Assembly: GCA_030390025.1 (NCBI GenBank)
Contig: CM059452.1
Span: 7,998,001-8,062,000, forward strand
Source: Squalus acanthias
Lineage: Eukaryota
Length of the DNA: 64,000 nucleotides
Direction of reading: 5' to 3'
The notes under the pieces are model-generated. The model was not told the DNA's origin. It saw nothing but the letters and a program-made list of their open reading frames with translations, and did not search any database. The translations under genes and the position numbers were made by a program. Shown in pieces: positions 26,782-39,555 of the stretch. Positions within the stretch are counted from its first letter, which is position 1; each line of letters starts with the position of its first letter.

Positions 26782-27209
26782 TCCCCACCGCACAGTGATA
26801 CACTCCGGCGTCTCTGGCCGAGGTGCCGTCTATAGAGATGGTGTTGGACATCTTCACTCGGTCAAAAGACAGTTTGTAGCGTCCTGTAGTCTTATTCCCC
26901 TGGTATATGGAGCCGATAAATGTCGGCGCCCGCGCCAGTGCTTGTCTGTACCAGACTACCGTATCCCCAGTACCAAAGGAGTGCCGGCAGTCCAGTTCAG
27001 CCCGTTCCCCTTCCCGAGACACCACCTGCTCAGCGGGTGAGATCCGATCCTCACACCGAACGGCTGTGAACAAAACAAACTCACTCAACAACCACAAGCT
27101 ATTAAGAGATGAATGAAACAAGGCGTCTGAGCTGATAAATGAACTCACACAACATCAACAGCACCAGGGCTCCAACTGGAAACAGGTCTTTGCCGAGGTT
27201 CCTGTTCAT
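26782..27209 (-). CDS. TCR alpha/delta V segment (leader 27209-27149, V exon 27063-26782)
   Basis: MNRNLGKDLFPVGALVLLML|gtgagt; LDC..VWYRQ..YHCAVG; RSS cacagtg + 23 + acaatatcc; upstream CRE TGACGTCA at 27396 and CCAAT boxes. Confidence 0.88.
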
Positions 27210-28452
27210 GACGATGAAGATGGACAAAAGGCGGATCAATCCGGGTCTGATTTCCAGACTAGACCTTGCTGCCGAGTCCCGGACTTTCAATGGTTGGGAG
27301 GGGGAGGAGAGGGGAGAGCTTCACTTTCACTCCGTGCAGTGTGGGACTGATGGGCGACATTCTCACCAATCGGCCTATTATGGGATGTTGTCACCTGACG
27401 TCATTCACAGTCCCACTCGGGGATTGGCTGTCTCTCAAACCAGAGACCCCTTGAATCGTCACTGGAAGGAATTCCACTGGTAACTGTGTGTAACGACAGA
27501 TTAAATTGTTCAGGAAGATTTGATCTCTGTCGTATTTCTATCTCAAATGGTCATCGTGGTCTTAGAATCATAGAATTTTACAGCATCATCAGTTTCTTCC
27601 AAACTTTCTGTATCTGAACCCCTAAATCTTTCTCCTTCTTTACTCCTTTAAATGAATATTTACCTCATATTTCCTTCTCTTCTCCGTCCTCTTTATAGTT
27701 ACCGTGACGTCCGTCCTGCCTTTGGTCTCGATGCTTTCGTTATATAAGCCAAACAGAAACGGAAATTTTCGATTGTCCTTTAAGTCCTATATCAATGTGA
27801 AAGCTCCTGACAGACTGGCGCGCCACCTGGTGGTGGCTTCGGGTAAATGCGTATTTGTCGAATTGGTCAAACTAAGTAGTCACTCTCTGAATTATTTGTA
27901 TTTTGTTGCTATTTATTTTACTGTGAACAGGATGTTTACTGCAGGGAGAAATTAAACCACCACGGAGCTAAATATTGTAGTAACTTCCATTTTCATTTAT
28001 TTCATTTGAAGTGACACAAAATAATAAAACTGAAAACGCCATAAAATGTAATATTAAGTTTTTAAAAATTCATTCTCTGGATGTCGGCGTCGCTGGCAAG
28101 GCCGGCATTTATTGGCCATCCCTAGTTGCCCTGACGACTGTCTGTAGCTTCCTAAGTGAGTATTTAATAATGTGACTCCACCGTATTTAATGTATCCCAG
28201 TGAAATCCCGGTTACTGGGTAACCCAGTCCCTCAGGGATTCCTACAAGTGCGTCCACTTAAAGTGGCGACACCATTAACCCTTTCTTTAACCCTGTAGAC
28301 CTTTGTCAGGTGACATTAAATGGCAATACTGCAATTCTAAATGTTTGTTTTCTGAGGGGAGACCCAAGATGGTGAGGTTAAAAGTGCTGATCTCGATGAT
28401 TGAGATAGACGAGACTTATTGTACAGGATGTCTCATCGTTTGCCCCAATGTG

Positions 28453-28969
28453 CGTCTTTAACAGTAATACACCCCGGAATCTGGAGCCGCGGTTTAAGGC
28501 TAAAGGGATCAAGGGATATGGGGAGAAAGTAGGGACAGGGTTCTGAATTTGGATGATCAGCAATGATCGCATTGAATGGCGGAGCAGGCTAGAGGGGCCG
28601 AATGGCCTACTCCTGCTCCTATCTTCTATGTTTCTATGTTTCCCGCACACCGAAAATGAAATCGAACCCTCGGCTCCCGTCGGTTGCATTACCCTGATAG
28701 GCGGAGATTGGGAATTCCGGTGCCCGGCCCTGTAATTGCCGGTACCACAAAATGCTATCGCTGCTCTGGTGGTCGCATCGCACCGGATTTGAACCGATTC
28801 TCCCTCCACCGCCGTCACCTGCTCGGTTTGGGAATTCCCTCCTCACCACGGACCCCTGCTAATACAAGACAAACTGGCAACACGCTCAATAGGTTTATTT
28901 TACAATTAATCTTCTTCATTCAGAATAGTCACATGACAATAAAAAGGTGTCGGTCCCAATTCGATGCAT
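28453..28969 (-). pseudogene. TCR V pseudogene with frameshifts, a CR1-tail insertion (~28495-28640) and a stop after YYC
   Basis: Leader MHRIGTDTFLLS|gtgact; EGESVQIRC..LWYRQLQGRAPEF..DSGVYYC*; RSS cacattg + 23 + acaataagt; family of 33574-33971. Confidence 0.85.
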
Positions 28970-30522
28970 CGCATTTCAGGATATTGGTTCTGAAATTCCC
29001 GCGATCTCGATTGTCTGAAAATCCGTCTGTATCACTAATCAATTCGATAACCGATTTCTTAATTTGCCAGCGACTGGCAAAGGCGGCCGCCTCTTATATC
29101 TTTGTTCCTCAGCATCCAATTATCAGACGGCTGACGTGTTTCTCACCGACACAGCCGATATTCGGGTTGGTTGGACTTTGTTAACGTCAAATGCGATTGG
29201 TGTCTATTCAGACTGGTGGGGGAAATCGGGTCCTTGCAATGACTCGGAAGCCAACCTTTCACCCTCTGGGACTCTGTGTTCAAATGCAGCCTAGACAATG
29301 GGGATGGAGGCCTCCTTTTCTGGTGAGGTGACTGGGGTGAGCAGTTTGTCAGACAGATTAATTGATAAGGTACCCGGGACTACCGAATACAAGGGAGAAC
29401 TGAACATTAGCGGTTCTGTTGAATGGATTCACCCACCGAGACAGAGAAATACAGACGATTATGGTAGATGAAACTTAATCTTGAAAAAGTGTGAAGTATT
29501 GTACATGAGAAGGAACAATGAAGAACATACATACTTCGTGAGTGGTGTTGAAATAGCTAAGTGTGAATTTAAAAGGGTGCTGGGAGTGTAAAGGGCCCAC
29601 ATGTGCAGGGAATGCGGTGAAGAACTCATGGAATACTCGCCAGGATCTGGGGTCACTTTACAAGGGATGTTCACTTTGACAGGGTCAAACAGATTTAATA
29701 TCTGTTGACGCCGTTTTTTTAATTGCAGCATTCAGCCGTACAACACACAGACAATACATGTGTGAGGAAATTACATCAATAATAATGTACCCTTTGGGAA
29801 CTATGTAACTCCGCTTCTCTATAAGAACTGTGTTACCCCCAGGCTCGCGAAAGGATTAGCAGTTATTATATCAGCTACAAGCATCTTCATCGCTGAGCTG
29901 GGATTAAACTATGGGGGTGGAAACAGATGTCGGATAATATAACACAATCCCAACCAATTCCGAATTGTAATTATTAATGAGAAAGGTATTTAATTCGAAA
30001 CTGTCAACTGGAGGTGACAAGCTCATTTACAGTCAAGTAATGCGTGAAATTGTGACTCTGTCAGTGACGATATAATATCAATGAACAGGAATCTAAGAGT
30101 TGACTAGGAATTTCTTGTTAATTTATATTTAAAAGAATGTCAGTCTGTATTGGTTGATGCAACGTGACCGGCGGTGGGAAGTAGTTGCCTGTCAGCGCCA
30201 CCTGGTGGCTGGGTTTAAGTGGTCCTCTTTGAGCTGATCTCAGAACATTGTTCACTATTTGTGCTCTCTCTGTTCCCATTTAATTCAGAATGACGCGTGG
30301 ATGCTCTGACACATGCGCTATACCCCTCCCCCAATCCCCATCAATGCTGAGCCTGGAGCTTCCCTCACAGGTTCACTTTTTGAGTTCCAGAGACCCGTGT
30401 GTAACGGGCACAGTGTCTTGGTATCGGGCTCAGATTGATACACAACAGCGCTGCCTTCTCCAGGAGCCTCTCTCGGCCTGGATCTGCCGACAGTCACTTG
30501 ACACGAATCGATAAGATCTGAC

Positions 30523-31027
30523 ATGAAGCTGAGCTTCACTTTAGTGATTATCTCCCTGGATTTTTTACTCTCCCCTCCGTGTGAGTGTCGTCACAATATC
30601 TGTCTATCGGGAATATTTTACATCTTACATGTATTTTTTATTGTTTATTTATTATTATTTTATGTTATGTTATGTTGTATTATATTACATTCTAAAGTTA
30701 TATTATATTAATTACATTGTCTTAATTATATATTATATTATATACTCGTCTCAGATGCCACTGGCAATGAAGAGGTATCGCAGTCTCCTGAGTCGGTGGT
30801 TGTTACCGAGGGAGACACTGCATCGTTGACCTGTTCCACCACAGTCGGAGGACGGATGCTACAATGGTACAGACAATTCCCGAGGCGAACCTTGCAGCAT
30901 CTGGCGACCGGTACCAGCGATCAGAGCAGGATCACGGCTCGCTTCAGTTCAGTAGAGAAGCGCAGTGCTCTGAATGTTAGCGTCGCTCGAGTGACAGACA
31001 CCGCCACCTATTTCTGTGCGGTGGAGA
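30523..31027 (+). CDS. TCR alpha/delta V segment (leader 30523-30580, V exon 30755-31027)
   Basis: MKLSFTLVIISLDFLLSPP|gtgagt; LTC..QWYRQ..YFCAVE; consensus RSS cacagtg + 23 + acaaaaacc (31028-31066). Confidence 0.9.
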
Positions 31028-31258
31028 CACAGTGCAGCAAAGATCAGCAGAGACCGTACAAAAACCTGCCGGGGTTGGGGCGCTGATCGCTCGTATCCCG
31101 TGCCTTTATCAGAGCGCTGGGGTTTTTATAACACTATCCCTCAGTATCCCAATAGGTGAAGTCTGCTCCTGATCTGGATTTACTCTTTAATATCAGACGC
31201 AAGGTTCAACAGGTTAAAATAATTCTGCTATTTTCTGTCGAACTCTAAACCAGGCACC

Positions 31259-31447
31259 ATGTGCTCCCCATATTCCTTACTGATAATAATGGTCGTGCTG
31301 CACAGTGAATCTGTGTTTAATTGGTCAGTGCGTGTTTCATGGGTTATATTTATTCCCAGACTTTTCACACATTCTGTGTTTTGTCACAGGAACGAATGGC
31401 GCAAACTCAGTGTTCCAGGATCCGTCTGAATTAAGGGTTCTGGAAGT
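31259..31447 (+). pseudogene. Truncated V (leader + start of FR1), paralog of 38542
   Basis: MCSPYSLLIIMVVLH|gtgaat; exon at 31390 reads TNGANSVFQDPSELRVLE, then homology ends. Confidence 0.78.
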
Positions 31448-31723
31448 TGAGGTGTCCAGTACATGAACAGAGATTGGAAGCATTGTCCAATCAAACAACT
31501 TATTATGAAATTAACAGCAAGATTATTATTATTAATATTAAACATTATTCAAGTTCTGTATTGTTAGTTGGATAGCGATTGATTTGCCTGTTTTTTCACG
31601 GTCACTCTCCTGTGAGAAGTACTGACAGTTCCGGTTTCTCCCCGCCCTACCCAGCTATCCCGTTGACCTTGTCACGTTCCGCAGTGTTTTTGTACGGGGC
31701 TCCCTCTGGTTCCTGTCACTGTG

Positions 31724-32235
31724 TCTCTCAGCCCGCAGTGATACACCGCGCTGTCAGACAGCCGCAGGCCGCCGATGGTGAAATTCCCCTCACTTTTCGA
31801 AGTGTCGAGAGATGCGGAAAATCGAGCCCCCGCGTCCTCTGCTCTGAAAACATCCCCGTAGGAAGGGATATAGATCAGCAATGTGGGGCCTTTGTCGCGG
31901 TCCTGACGGTACAGTTGTAAGGAATACGAATTAGTAGTGATCGAATAGCTGTAATTGATGGTCACCGAGTCTCCTTCAAACTGTATCGCTGCAAGCGGTC
32001 CCTGTGAGACCGAGTCCGCACAACTAACTCCTGCAGAAATTTAGAAATATAAAACTTTAAGCTTTTATCATCGTTTTATTATTAATATCATACCGAATAA
32101 CCATAGCAAATAGAGAGAAAACGCTGTTAAAGTGATGTCAAAGACACCTGCAAGAGGGAAAGTGCGAAACTTGTAAACTTTACCAGTTAAGAGAGCTGCA
32201 GCTGTGAGGAATAAACAAAAAGTAACAGCCAACAT
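31724..32235 (-). pseudogene. TCR V, open frame but C23->Y and W41->L (leader 32235-32184, V exon 32030-31724)
   Basis: MLAVTFCLFLTAAALLT|gtaaag; VTINYSY..LQLYRQ..YHCGLR; RSS cacagtg + 23 + acaaaaaca. Confidence 0.8.
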
Positions 32236-32334
32236 GTTTGCAGAGAGTTGATGGCGCATTTGAACAGAACGGTTTGAACCTGTAATTGTCTTTTTCAAGA
32301 GTTAGGAAGATGTTGAGTAATATCCGGTCTCTCT

Positions 32335-32560
32335 GCCGATTGGTTTATTCCTGACAGAGTCAGCAGGTGGTATCCAATCAGCTCACGGATCCTTTGTTCT
32401 CCAAATCGTCCAATCAGGTCACAGATCCTGTTTTCTCCAATTAATCCAACCAGCTCACGGGTACTTTGTTCTCCAATTCATCCAATCATCTCAGCTCCTT
32501 GGTTTTCAAATTGATCCAATCGGCTCATAGATCATTTGTTCTCCAATTCATGACGTCAGA
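32335..32560. promoter_or_regulatory. ~40-bp tandem repeat of CCAAT boxes ending in a CRE, upstream of V 32235
   Basis: Repeated ttctccaatt.atccaatcagctca; TGACGTCA at 32551. Confidence 0.55.
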
Positions 32561-33573
32561 GCGGGGAGCAGGGATCGGAGTGAAATCTCCTCACAACAGA
32601 GAACTGGGCGGGGAATAAACCCAATTTTGGCCCTTTAACAGGGTCAGTCTGTGAGGTGGCGGCAGTGAAGGGAAATAGTTCATGTTGTTCTGGCATCAGT
32701 GCCGGAGGCTCCCATGAAAAGAGCTGCTCACTGACCATTAGACTTACCCACCGCCGTTATAAAGGTGGGTTAAGACGGCCAGCGGGACCTGAGGGATTTG
32801 AACACAACGATGCGGTAAATTAGACAAACGGCACGTCTTGCATGAATGAAATGGGAAGTGAATGATAGGTTTGAGTAGAATGGGAAGGAGAAAGCAGCAA
32901 ATGGGATCAGTGATACTGAGGTGAGCTGCTCAGTAAAACTAGCTACAACATCTTGACATTTATAATACCTTAATAATTCATAATAACATTTAAAATAAAA
33001 CACAACTTGCATTTGAATTTAATGCCGCTATTGCCAAATCTGTTAATTTAATACATTTTCTTAAATAAAGTAACTGAGCAATGTTTCAAACATTAAAATT
33101 ATAAATTTACTGGGCTAAAGTGAAAGAGCAGGGGAGTGGGAGGAATTGGATTTCTCTTTCATCGAGCTGGCACTGGAACAAAGCGCCGAATGGCCTCCCC
33201 CTGTGCTGTATGATTCATTGATTCGATAATTCCATGAATGGTCTCCGTCTGCAATTGAAGTGACTAAACTAAACACTGCTTGGGGATCAACCTTGGCTCA
33301 ATAGCCAGTGATTATTTAAGTTGACTTAAACTTCCCTATTTAACAGGCAAAGGCTAAAGGTTAACATTACTGCAATATGAAATAGCAATATAACATTAGC
33401 AGACTTTAGAACAGTCTGATTAACCCTTTCTCACCGAATGAATGGAGCCTGTGGAACTGTACCCCCACAAAGGAGTCAACACATTCAGGAGAGCAGAGCA
33501 GCGGTGTGGAGATTGTCTGATAGGAACCTGCAGGAGATATTGTACTGGGGCGCTCAGCCTTTGTCACACGGTG

Positions 33574-33971
33574 CCTCACTTCACAGTAATACACTCCAGC
33601 GTCTGATACCGCGGTGCTGTCCATATCGAGAATGTTATAACTTCTTGTTGGGTCAATGAAGAGTTTGAATCGTCCGTCAGTGGCGTTGCCCTGGATCGCA
33701 GATATGATAAATTTCGGGGCACGATTCTGTAGTTGCCTGTACCAGAAGATACTACCAGTGCCGCTGGTGGTCGCGTTGCACTGGATTTGAATCGATTGTC
33801 CCTCTTGTGAAAACACTTGCTGTGGTTGGTGGATCACAGCCTCGCCGCCGATAACTGTCGATACAAAAGAGATGAAAAATTAGACACAAGAAATATGTTT
33901 TAATGGTGAACGCTTTTCTGCACAAAACACTCACCTAAAATCAAAAAAGTGTAAGTTACAATTTCATTCAT
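33574..33971 (-). CDS. TCR alpha/delta V segment (leader 33971-33935, V exon 33854-33574)
   Basis: MNEIVTYTFLIL|gtgagt; IQC..FWYRQ..YYCEVR; RSS caccgtg + 23 + acaatatct. Confidence 0.88.
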
Positions 33972-34549
33972 TTCGTTTTCCGAGTTTCTGCGCTCGGTGG
34001 TCCCAGAGTATTAGTGGAACATCGATTTAATTCGGGAATATTCTAATATGCTAATGTGCTATTCTAATGATGATATGATTTTCAGGTATTATGGTAAGTA
34101 TCTCTTTTATACTCACTGAGGACGAGTGAACAATGCAAGTGATGACGCTTTATTCTAACTGACACGCCCTCTGTTGGCCCGGTTTCACATTGATCTTCTT
34201 GAATAACAGCCAAGGTTACCATTAACTCATGCAGTGCTGGTGGGACAGTGAGTCAGACATTGACCTTTCACCCTCTGGGACCAGGGTTCATATCCAGCCC
34301 AGGCAGGGGGGGATGAAGGTCTCCTCTCCCTCTGATGGGGGACTGAGTGGGTCAGTGGGTCAGACACTGACCTTTCACCCTCTGGGACTTGGTTTAGAAT
34401 CCAGTGGGGACAGAAAGGATGGAGATCTATTGTGTTTGATGGGGACCGAGCAGATCATTTGGGTTAATGTTAATATTTCTCCTCCATTCAAATACGGCCC
34501 ATAAAATGAGTAAATGCCGCATTTGGTTTTGGATGGGAAGGTCTTGAAA

Positions 34550-34695
34550 TTTACGAGGGAGGGGTTGAGGCTTGTTGCGGCCGGGCCGGGATATACCTGA
34601 CCTGTGCTGTTTGCACTGGTGCACAGTATTGATTCTCTCTCCCTCTACAACAGTAACCGTCACCTAATCGAGTGTAATCTCCCGGGAATGGAATC
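34550..34695 (-). pseudogene. Possible highly decayed V FR1 relic
   Basis: tttag acceptor followed by VTVTVVEGERI, with a stop and frameshifts; no RSS found. Confidence 0.3.
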
Positions 34696-35127
34696 CTAAA
34701 GAAACACTTGGATATTTTCACTACAATGAAAACTAGCGACACATCAAAGCACCCCCTAGCGGCCCGTTCGGGTAAATACTTCTTTTTCAAATCTGTTATT
34801 GACAGAGCGACAAGGAGAGAAACACAGGGAGAGACAGTGACAGAAAATGAGGGAGAGACAGGGAAATAAACAGATAGAGATACAGGGAGAGAAATTAAGT
34901 GAAAGACGGAGAGAGTAAAATGGAGAGACAGTGAGAAAAATGAGAGAGAAACCGGGAGGGAAATAAATAAATTTACAGGGAGACAACAGAGGGGTGGATG
35001 ATAAGAGGTGGGAGAGAAACAGACGTAGAGACAGCGAGAGAGAAACAGATGCAGCAACAGGGGGACATACAGACTGAGAAACGGAGAGCAGCAAATGAAG
35101 GCACAGTGAAAGAATCAGAAAAAGATT

Positions 35128-37175
35128 CTAACTATCGTTCCATGGGTAACTAAGGAAGTAAAGGATGGTATCAAATTGAAAACAGAAGTATACAATGTTG
35201 TGAAGAATAGTGAAAGGCCAGAGGATGGGGAAATTTTTAAAAAGCATCAAAGGACGACTAAAAAAATGATAGAGAGAAGATTGCTTATGAGAGTAAGCTC
35301 GCAAGAAATATAAAAACATACAGTAAGAGCTTCTGCAGGTATATAAAAAGGAAGAGAATAGCTAAAGTAAACGTTGGTCCCCTAGAGGATGAGTCTGGGG
35401 AATTAATAATGGGAAACAGGGAAATGGCGGAGACCTTGAACAAATATTTTGTATCAGTTTTCACGGTAGAAGACAGTAAAAGCATCGCAATAATGGATAA
35501 TCAATGAGTTATTGTGGTGGGGGGGGGGACTTAATACAATCACTATCACTAGAGAGAAAGTACTAGGCAATCTAATGGGACTAAAGGTGGAGAAGCCCGC
35601 TGGACCGGTTGCGTGAATCCTGGAGTCTTAAAAGAAGTGGCTGCAGAGATAGTGGATGCATTGGTTGTAATCTACCAACATTCCCTGGATTCTGGAGAAG
35701 TCCCAGCGGACTGGAAAACCGCAAATGTAACGCCCCTATTTAAGAAAGGAGGGAGACAGAAAGCAGGCAGCTATCGACCAGTTAGCCTAACATCTGTCAA
35801 TGGGAAAAATGCTGGAGTCCATCATTAAGGAAGTGATAGCAGTACATTTAGAATTTCATAATATAGTCAAGCAGAGTCAGCATGGTTTTATTAAAGGGAA
35901 ATCATGTTTGACAAATTTGCTGGTGTTCTTTGAGGATGTAACGAGCAGGGTGGATAAATGGGAACCAGTGGATGTGGTGTATTTGGATTTCCAGAAGGCA
36001 TTCGATAAGGTGCCACATAACAGGTTACTACATAAGATAAGAGCTCACGGGGTTGGGGGTAATATATTAGCGTGGATAGAGGACTGGCTAACTAACAGAA
36101 AACAGAGAGTCGGGATAAATGGGTCATTTTCAGGTTGGCAAACTGTAAATAGTGGGGTGCCGCAGGGATCCGTGCTGGGGCCTCAGCTATTTACAATCTA
36201 TATTAATGACTTGGATGAAGGGATGGAGTGTAATTTGACAAATTTGCTGATGATACAAAGATACGTGGGAAAGCAAATTGTGTGGAGGACGCAACGAATC
36301 TCCAAAGGAATATAGGTAGGCTAAGTGAGTGGGCAAAAATCTGACAGATGGAGTTTAATGTGGGAAAATGCGAGGTTATCCACTTTGGCAGGGAAAACAA
36401 AGTAAATTATTATTTAAATGGGGAGATATTACAACATGCTGAGGTACAGAGGGATCTGGGGGTCCTTGTACATGAATCACAAAAAGTTAGCATGAAGGTA
36501 CAGCAAGTAATTAGGAAGGCAAATGGAGTGTTGGCCTTTATTGCAAAGGGAATGGGGTATAAAAGTAGGGAAGTCCTGTTACAACTGTACAGGGCGTCGG
36601 TGAGACCACACCTGGAGTACTGCATACAGTTTTGGTCTCCTTAGTTAAGGAAGGATATACTTGCATTGGTGGCAGTTCAGGGAAGGTTCAAGAGGTTGAT
36701 TCCGGAGATGAAGGGGTTATATTATGAAGAAAGGTTGAGCATGTTGGGCCAAAACTCATTGGAGTTTAGAAGAATGAGAGGGGATCTTATTGAAACATAT
36801 AAGATTCTGAAGGGGCTCGACAGGGTGGCTGCAGAGAGGATGTTTCCCCTCGTGGGGGAATCTAGAACTAGGGGGCATAATTTCAGAATAAGGGGGCACC
36901 CTTTTAAATCGGAAATGAGGAGGAATTTCTTCTCTAGGAGGGTCGTGAATCGTTGGAATTCTCTTCCCCAGAGAGCTGTGGAGGCTGGGTCATTGAATAT
37001 ATTTAAGGTTGAGATAGACAGATTCTTGAACGATAAGGGAGTCAAGGGTTATGGGGAGCGGGCAGGGAAGTGGAGTTGAGGCCAAGATCAGATCAGCTAT
37101 GATCTTATCGAATGGCGGAGCAGGCTCGAGTGGCCAAATGACCTACTCCTGCTCCTACTTCTTATGTTCTTATGT
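35128..37175 (+). mobile_element. Degenerate CR1 LINE (frameshifted ORF2 + tail)
   Basis: [24 protein letters not shown] and RRMRGDLIE in several frames; ttcttatg tail. Confidence 0.93.
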
Positions 37176-38541
37176 AGAAGGAAAGAGAGAGAGAGAGAGA
37201 AACAGATGTAGAGGCAGTGCGAGAAACAGAGAACAACAGTGCGAGTAAAAGATTTAGAAAGTGAGGGAAACAGATGTAGAGTAAATAAGAGGAACAGAGA
37301 GAGACCTTGAGAGAAGCAATCTTTATGAACTCCAGGGAACAAAAATAAATTACATAAATATATAAGATAGCACGTGATAGGGAAAAGGGTTAATGCGGAA
37401 AATGACTTAAATTAAACAGTGGCAGTAGAACAAGTGTGCACAGGGTCAAACTAGTAAATGGTAACTTTAGGACTGAGATTAAGAGAATGTTGGTCACACA
37501 GAGAGAGATCGACTCTTGGAATGGACTCCAGTCAAAGCGTCAGAATCCAACATCAAGGGATGAGTTTAGTAACAAATAAAGGAAATTATGGGGGGTGGGG
37601 TTTTCTCGAAGGTAAATTAAAATGGGTTCAACGGCGTTCCTCATCCGCAAGTGCCATGTAGTCTTGCGTTTAATCTGCTGCAGTGAACAGGCAAACACGA
37701 CGAGTGAGCTCCCTCTGGTGGCGATGTGAGGTAATCGGCTCTCTGCCTGGAAAATCATTTATTTCTCAAATTACTGGTGGTAGTTTTTGCATGATTACGT
37801 CACATTTTTCTTGTTATTATTAGACACTTTAATGCATGTAAACATATACACGGCGTTAATGACAACTTCAGTGTAAATCCCGGCGATTCCCTTTGTTTAT
37901 TTTTAATATCTAAGACATAACCGATGAATGTAGCTCGTTCAAAACAGCATGAAACCAGACAGATTCCAACTCTGAGGTACCGCGCCACATACAGTGGGTA
38001 TAGCTTCGTCTCATGATTCCCGCCTGTCTAATATAGTGTGAGATTTTTAAAGTAACTGCTGCCAATTCAAACATGTCTCTGAGCTGTAGTTGTCATATAT
38101 TATCTATTATAACTGCAACTGTTAATTGAGCATTTTGTTGTGTTGAAACGAGAGATTGGGACAAATTGGTTTTCTACACGCTGCACCTTCATAGAACACG
38201 ACACAGAGAGAGAGAGAGAGAGAGAGACAGGGAGAATGGCAGACAGAAAGAGACAGACAGGCAAACGCCAGAATCAAAGAGAGAGACAGAGACACAGAGA
38301 AAGCCAGCGAGACAGAAAGAGAAACAGGCAGAGAAATTAATTGAACCAAAACTAACACTGATTGGTGCCCAACTGTCGTCTGTTCTGAGAGAACAGCCAA
38401 TCCTGTCACTGCGAAACGCCCCTCAGTTTCCCAATAAGTGAAGCCTGCCCCTGATCTGTGTTTACTCTTTAATATCAGACTAGAAGGATCAACATATTTA
38501 AAACCTTCGGTGATTTTCTGTCGAAATCTAAACCAGGCACC

Positions 38542-38979
38542 ATGTGCTCTCCATGTTCCTTACTGGTAATACTGGTGATGCTGCCCGGTGAGTCTATGTT
38601 TAAAGGGTCAGTGTGTGTTCCAAGGGTTATATTCACTCCCAGACTTTTGACACATTCTGTGTTTTGTTACAGGAACGAGTGGCAAAGATTCAGTGTCCCA
38701 GGATCCGCCTGAATTAACGGTTCAGGAAGGACAGACCGTAATACTGAACTGTAGTTACTCGACAACGTACAAAGCCCCAACTCTCTTCTGGTACATCCAG
38801 TATCCCGGGGAAGCTCCACGTTATTTACTGAGGAGATATAGCTCGGGGACGGGAGATCAGTCTCCAGATTTCACAGAGAGGTTCTCTGCTGTTTTGCACA
38901 AAGAAAACAAAACGGTTCCGTTAAATATCGCCGCGGCTCTTGTCTCCGACACCGCCGTATATTTCTGTGCCATGAACCC
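38542..38979 (+). CDS. TCR alpha/delta V segment (leader 38542-38587, V exon 38673-38979)
   Basis: MCSPCSLLVILVMLP|gtgagt; LNC..FWYIQ..YFCAMNP; RSS cacactg + 24 + acaaaaacc (38980-39019); CTCF-like motif at 39042-39058. Confidence 0.92.
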
Positions 38980-39234
38980 CACACTGCTGCAGAGATATAG
39001 CGGATCCCGTACAAAAACCCACACTGAGAGTTCCAGTTGGTGCTCACCAGAGGGCGCTCTGACCCCGATTAACTAATTCAGCCTCCAGAGTGACAACAAC
39101 AAAACACAACACTCAACAAGAACAGGTGAGGTCCACTTGCGGAATTATATTTGTTTGTGATTTCAGCTCGCATTTATAATAAAAATTAACTTCACCAATC
39201 ATATCTTAAATCCCCTTTTAGACTTTACAAAAGA

Positions 39235-39555
39235 ATGAAAGTGTTGCATTTATATAGCACCATTAAAGACCACCGGACGTCCCAACGCGCTTTACAGTCA
39301 ATGAAGTACTTTTGAAGTGTAATCACTGTTGTAATGTAGGGCACGCGGCAGTCAATTTGCACACAGCAAACTCCCACAAACAACAATGAGATAATGACCA
39401 AGAAATCTGCTTTAGTTATGCTGGTTGAGGGATAAATATTGGCCAGGACACCGGGGATAAGTCCCCTGCTCTTCTTCGAATAGTGCCATGGGTTATTTTA
39501 CATCCACCTGAGGAGGCAGACTGGGCTTCGGTTTCACTTCTCATCCGAAAGACAT
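39235..39555 (-). mobile_element. DeuSINE/SacSINE1-like SINE fragment
   Basis: ttgcatttatatagc...gagggataaatattggccaggacaccgggga...tctcatccgaaagac, recognised by similarity from memory; absent from the paralogous block at ~17050. Confidence 0.6.

Noticed and set aside
26955-26975. ACTGGGGATACG (human D-delta-like) inside V27209 CDR1
   Set aside because: Lies within a coding exon with no flanking RSS; chance match
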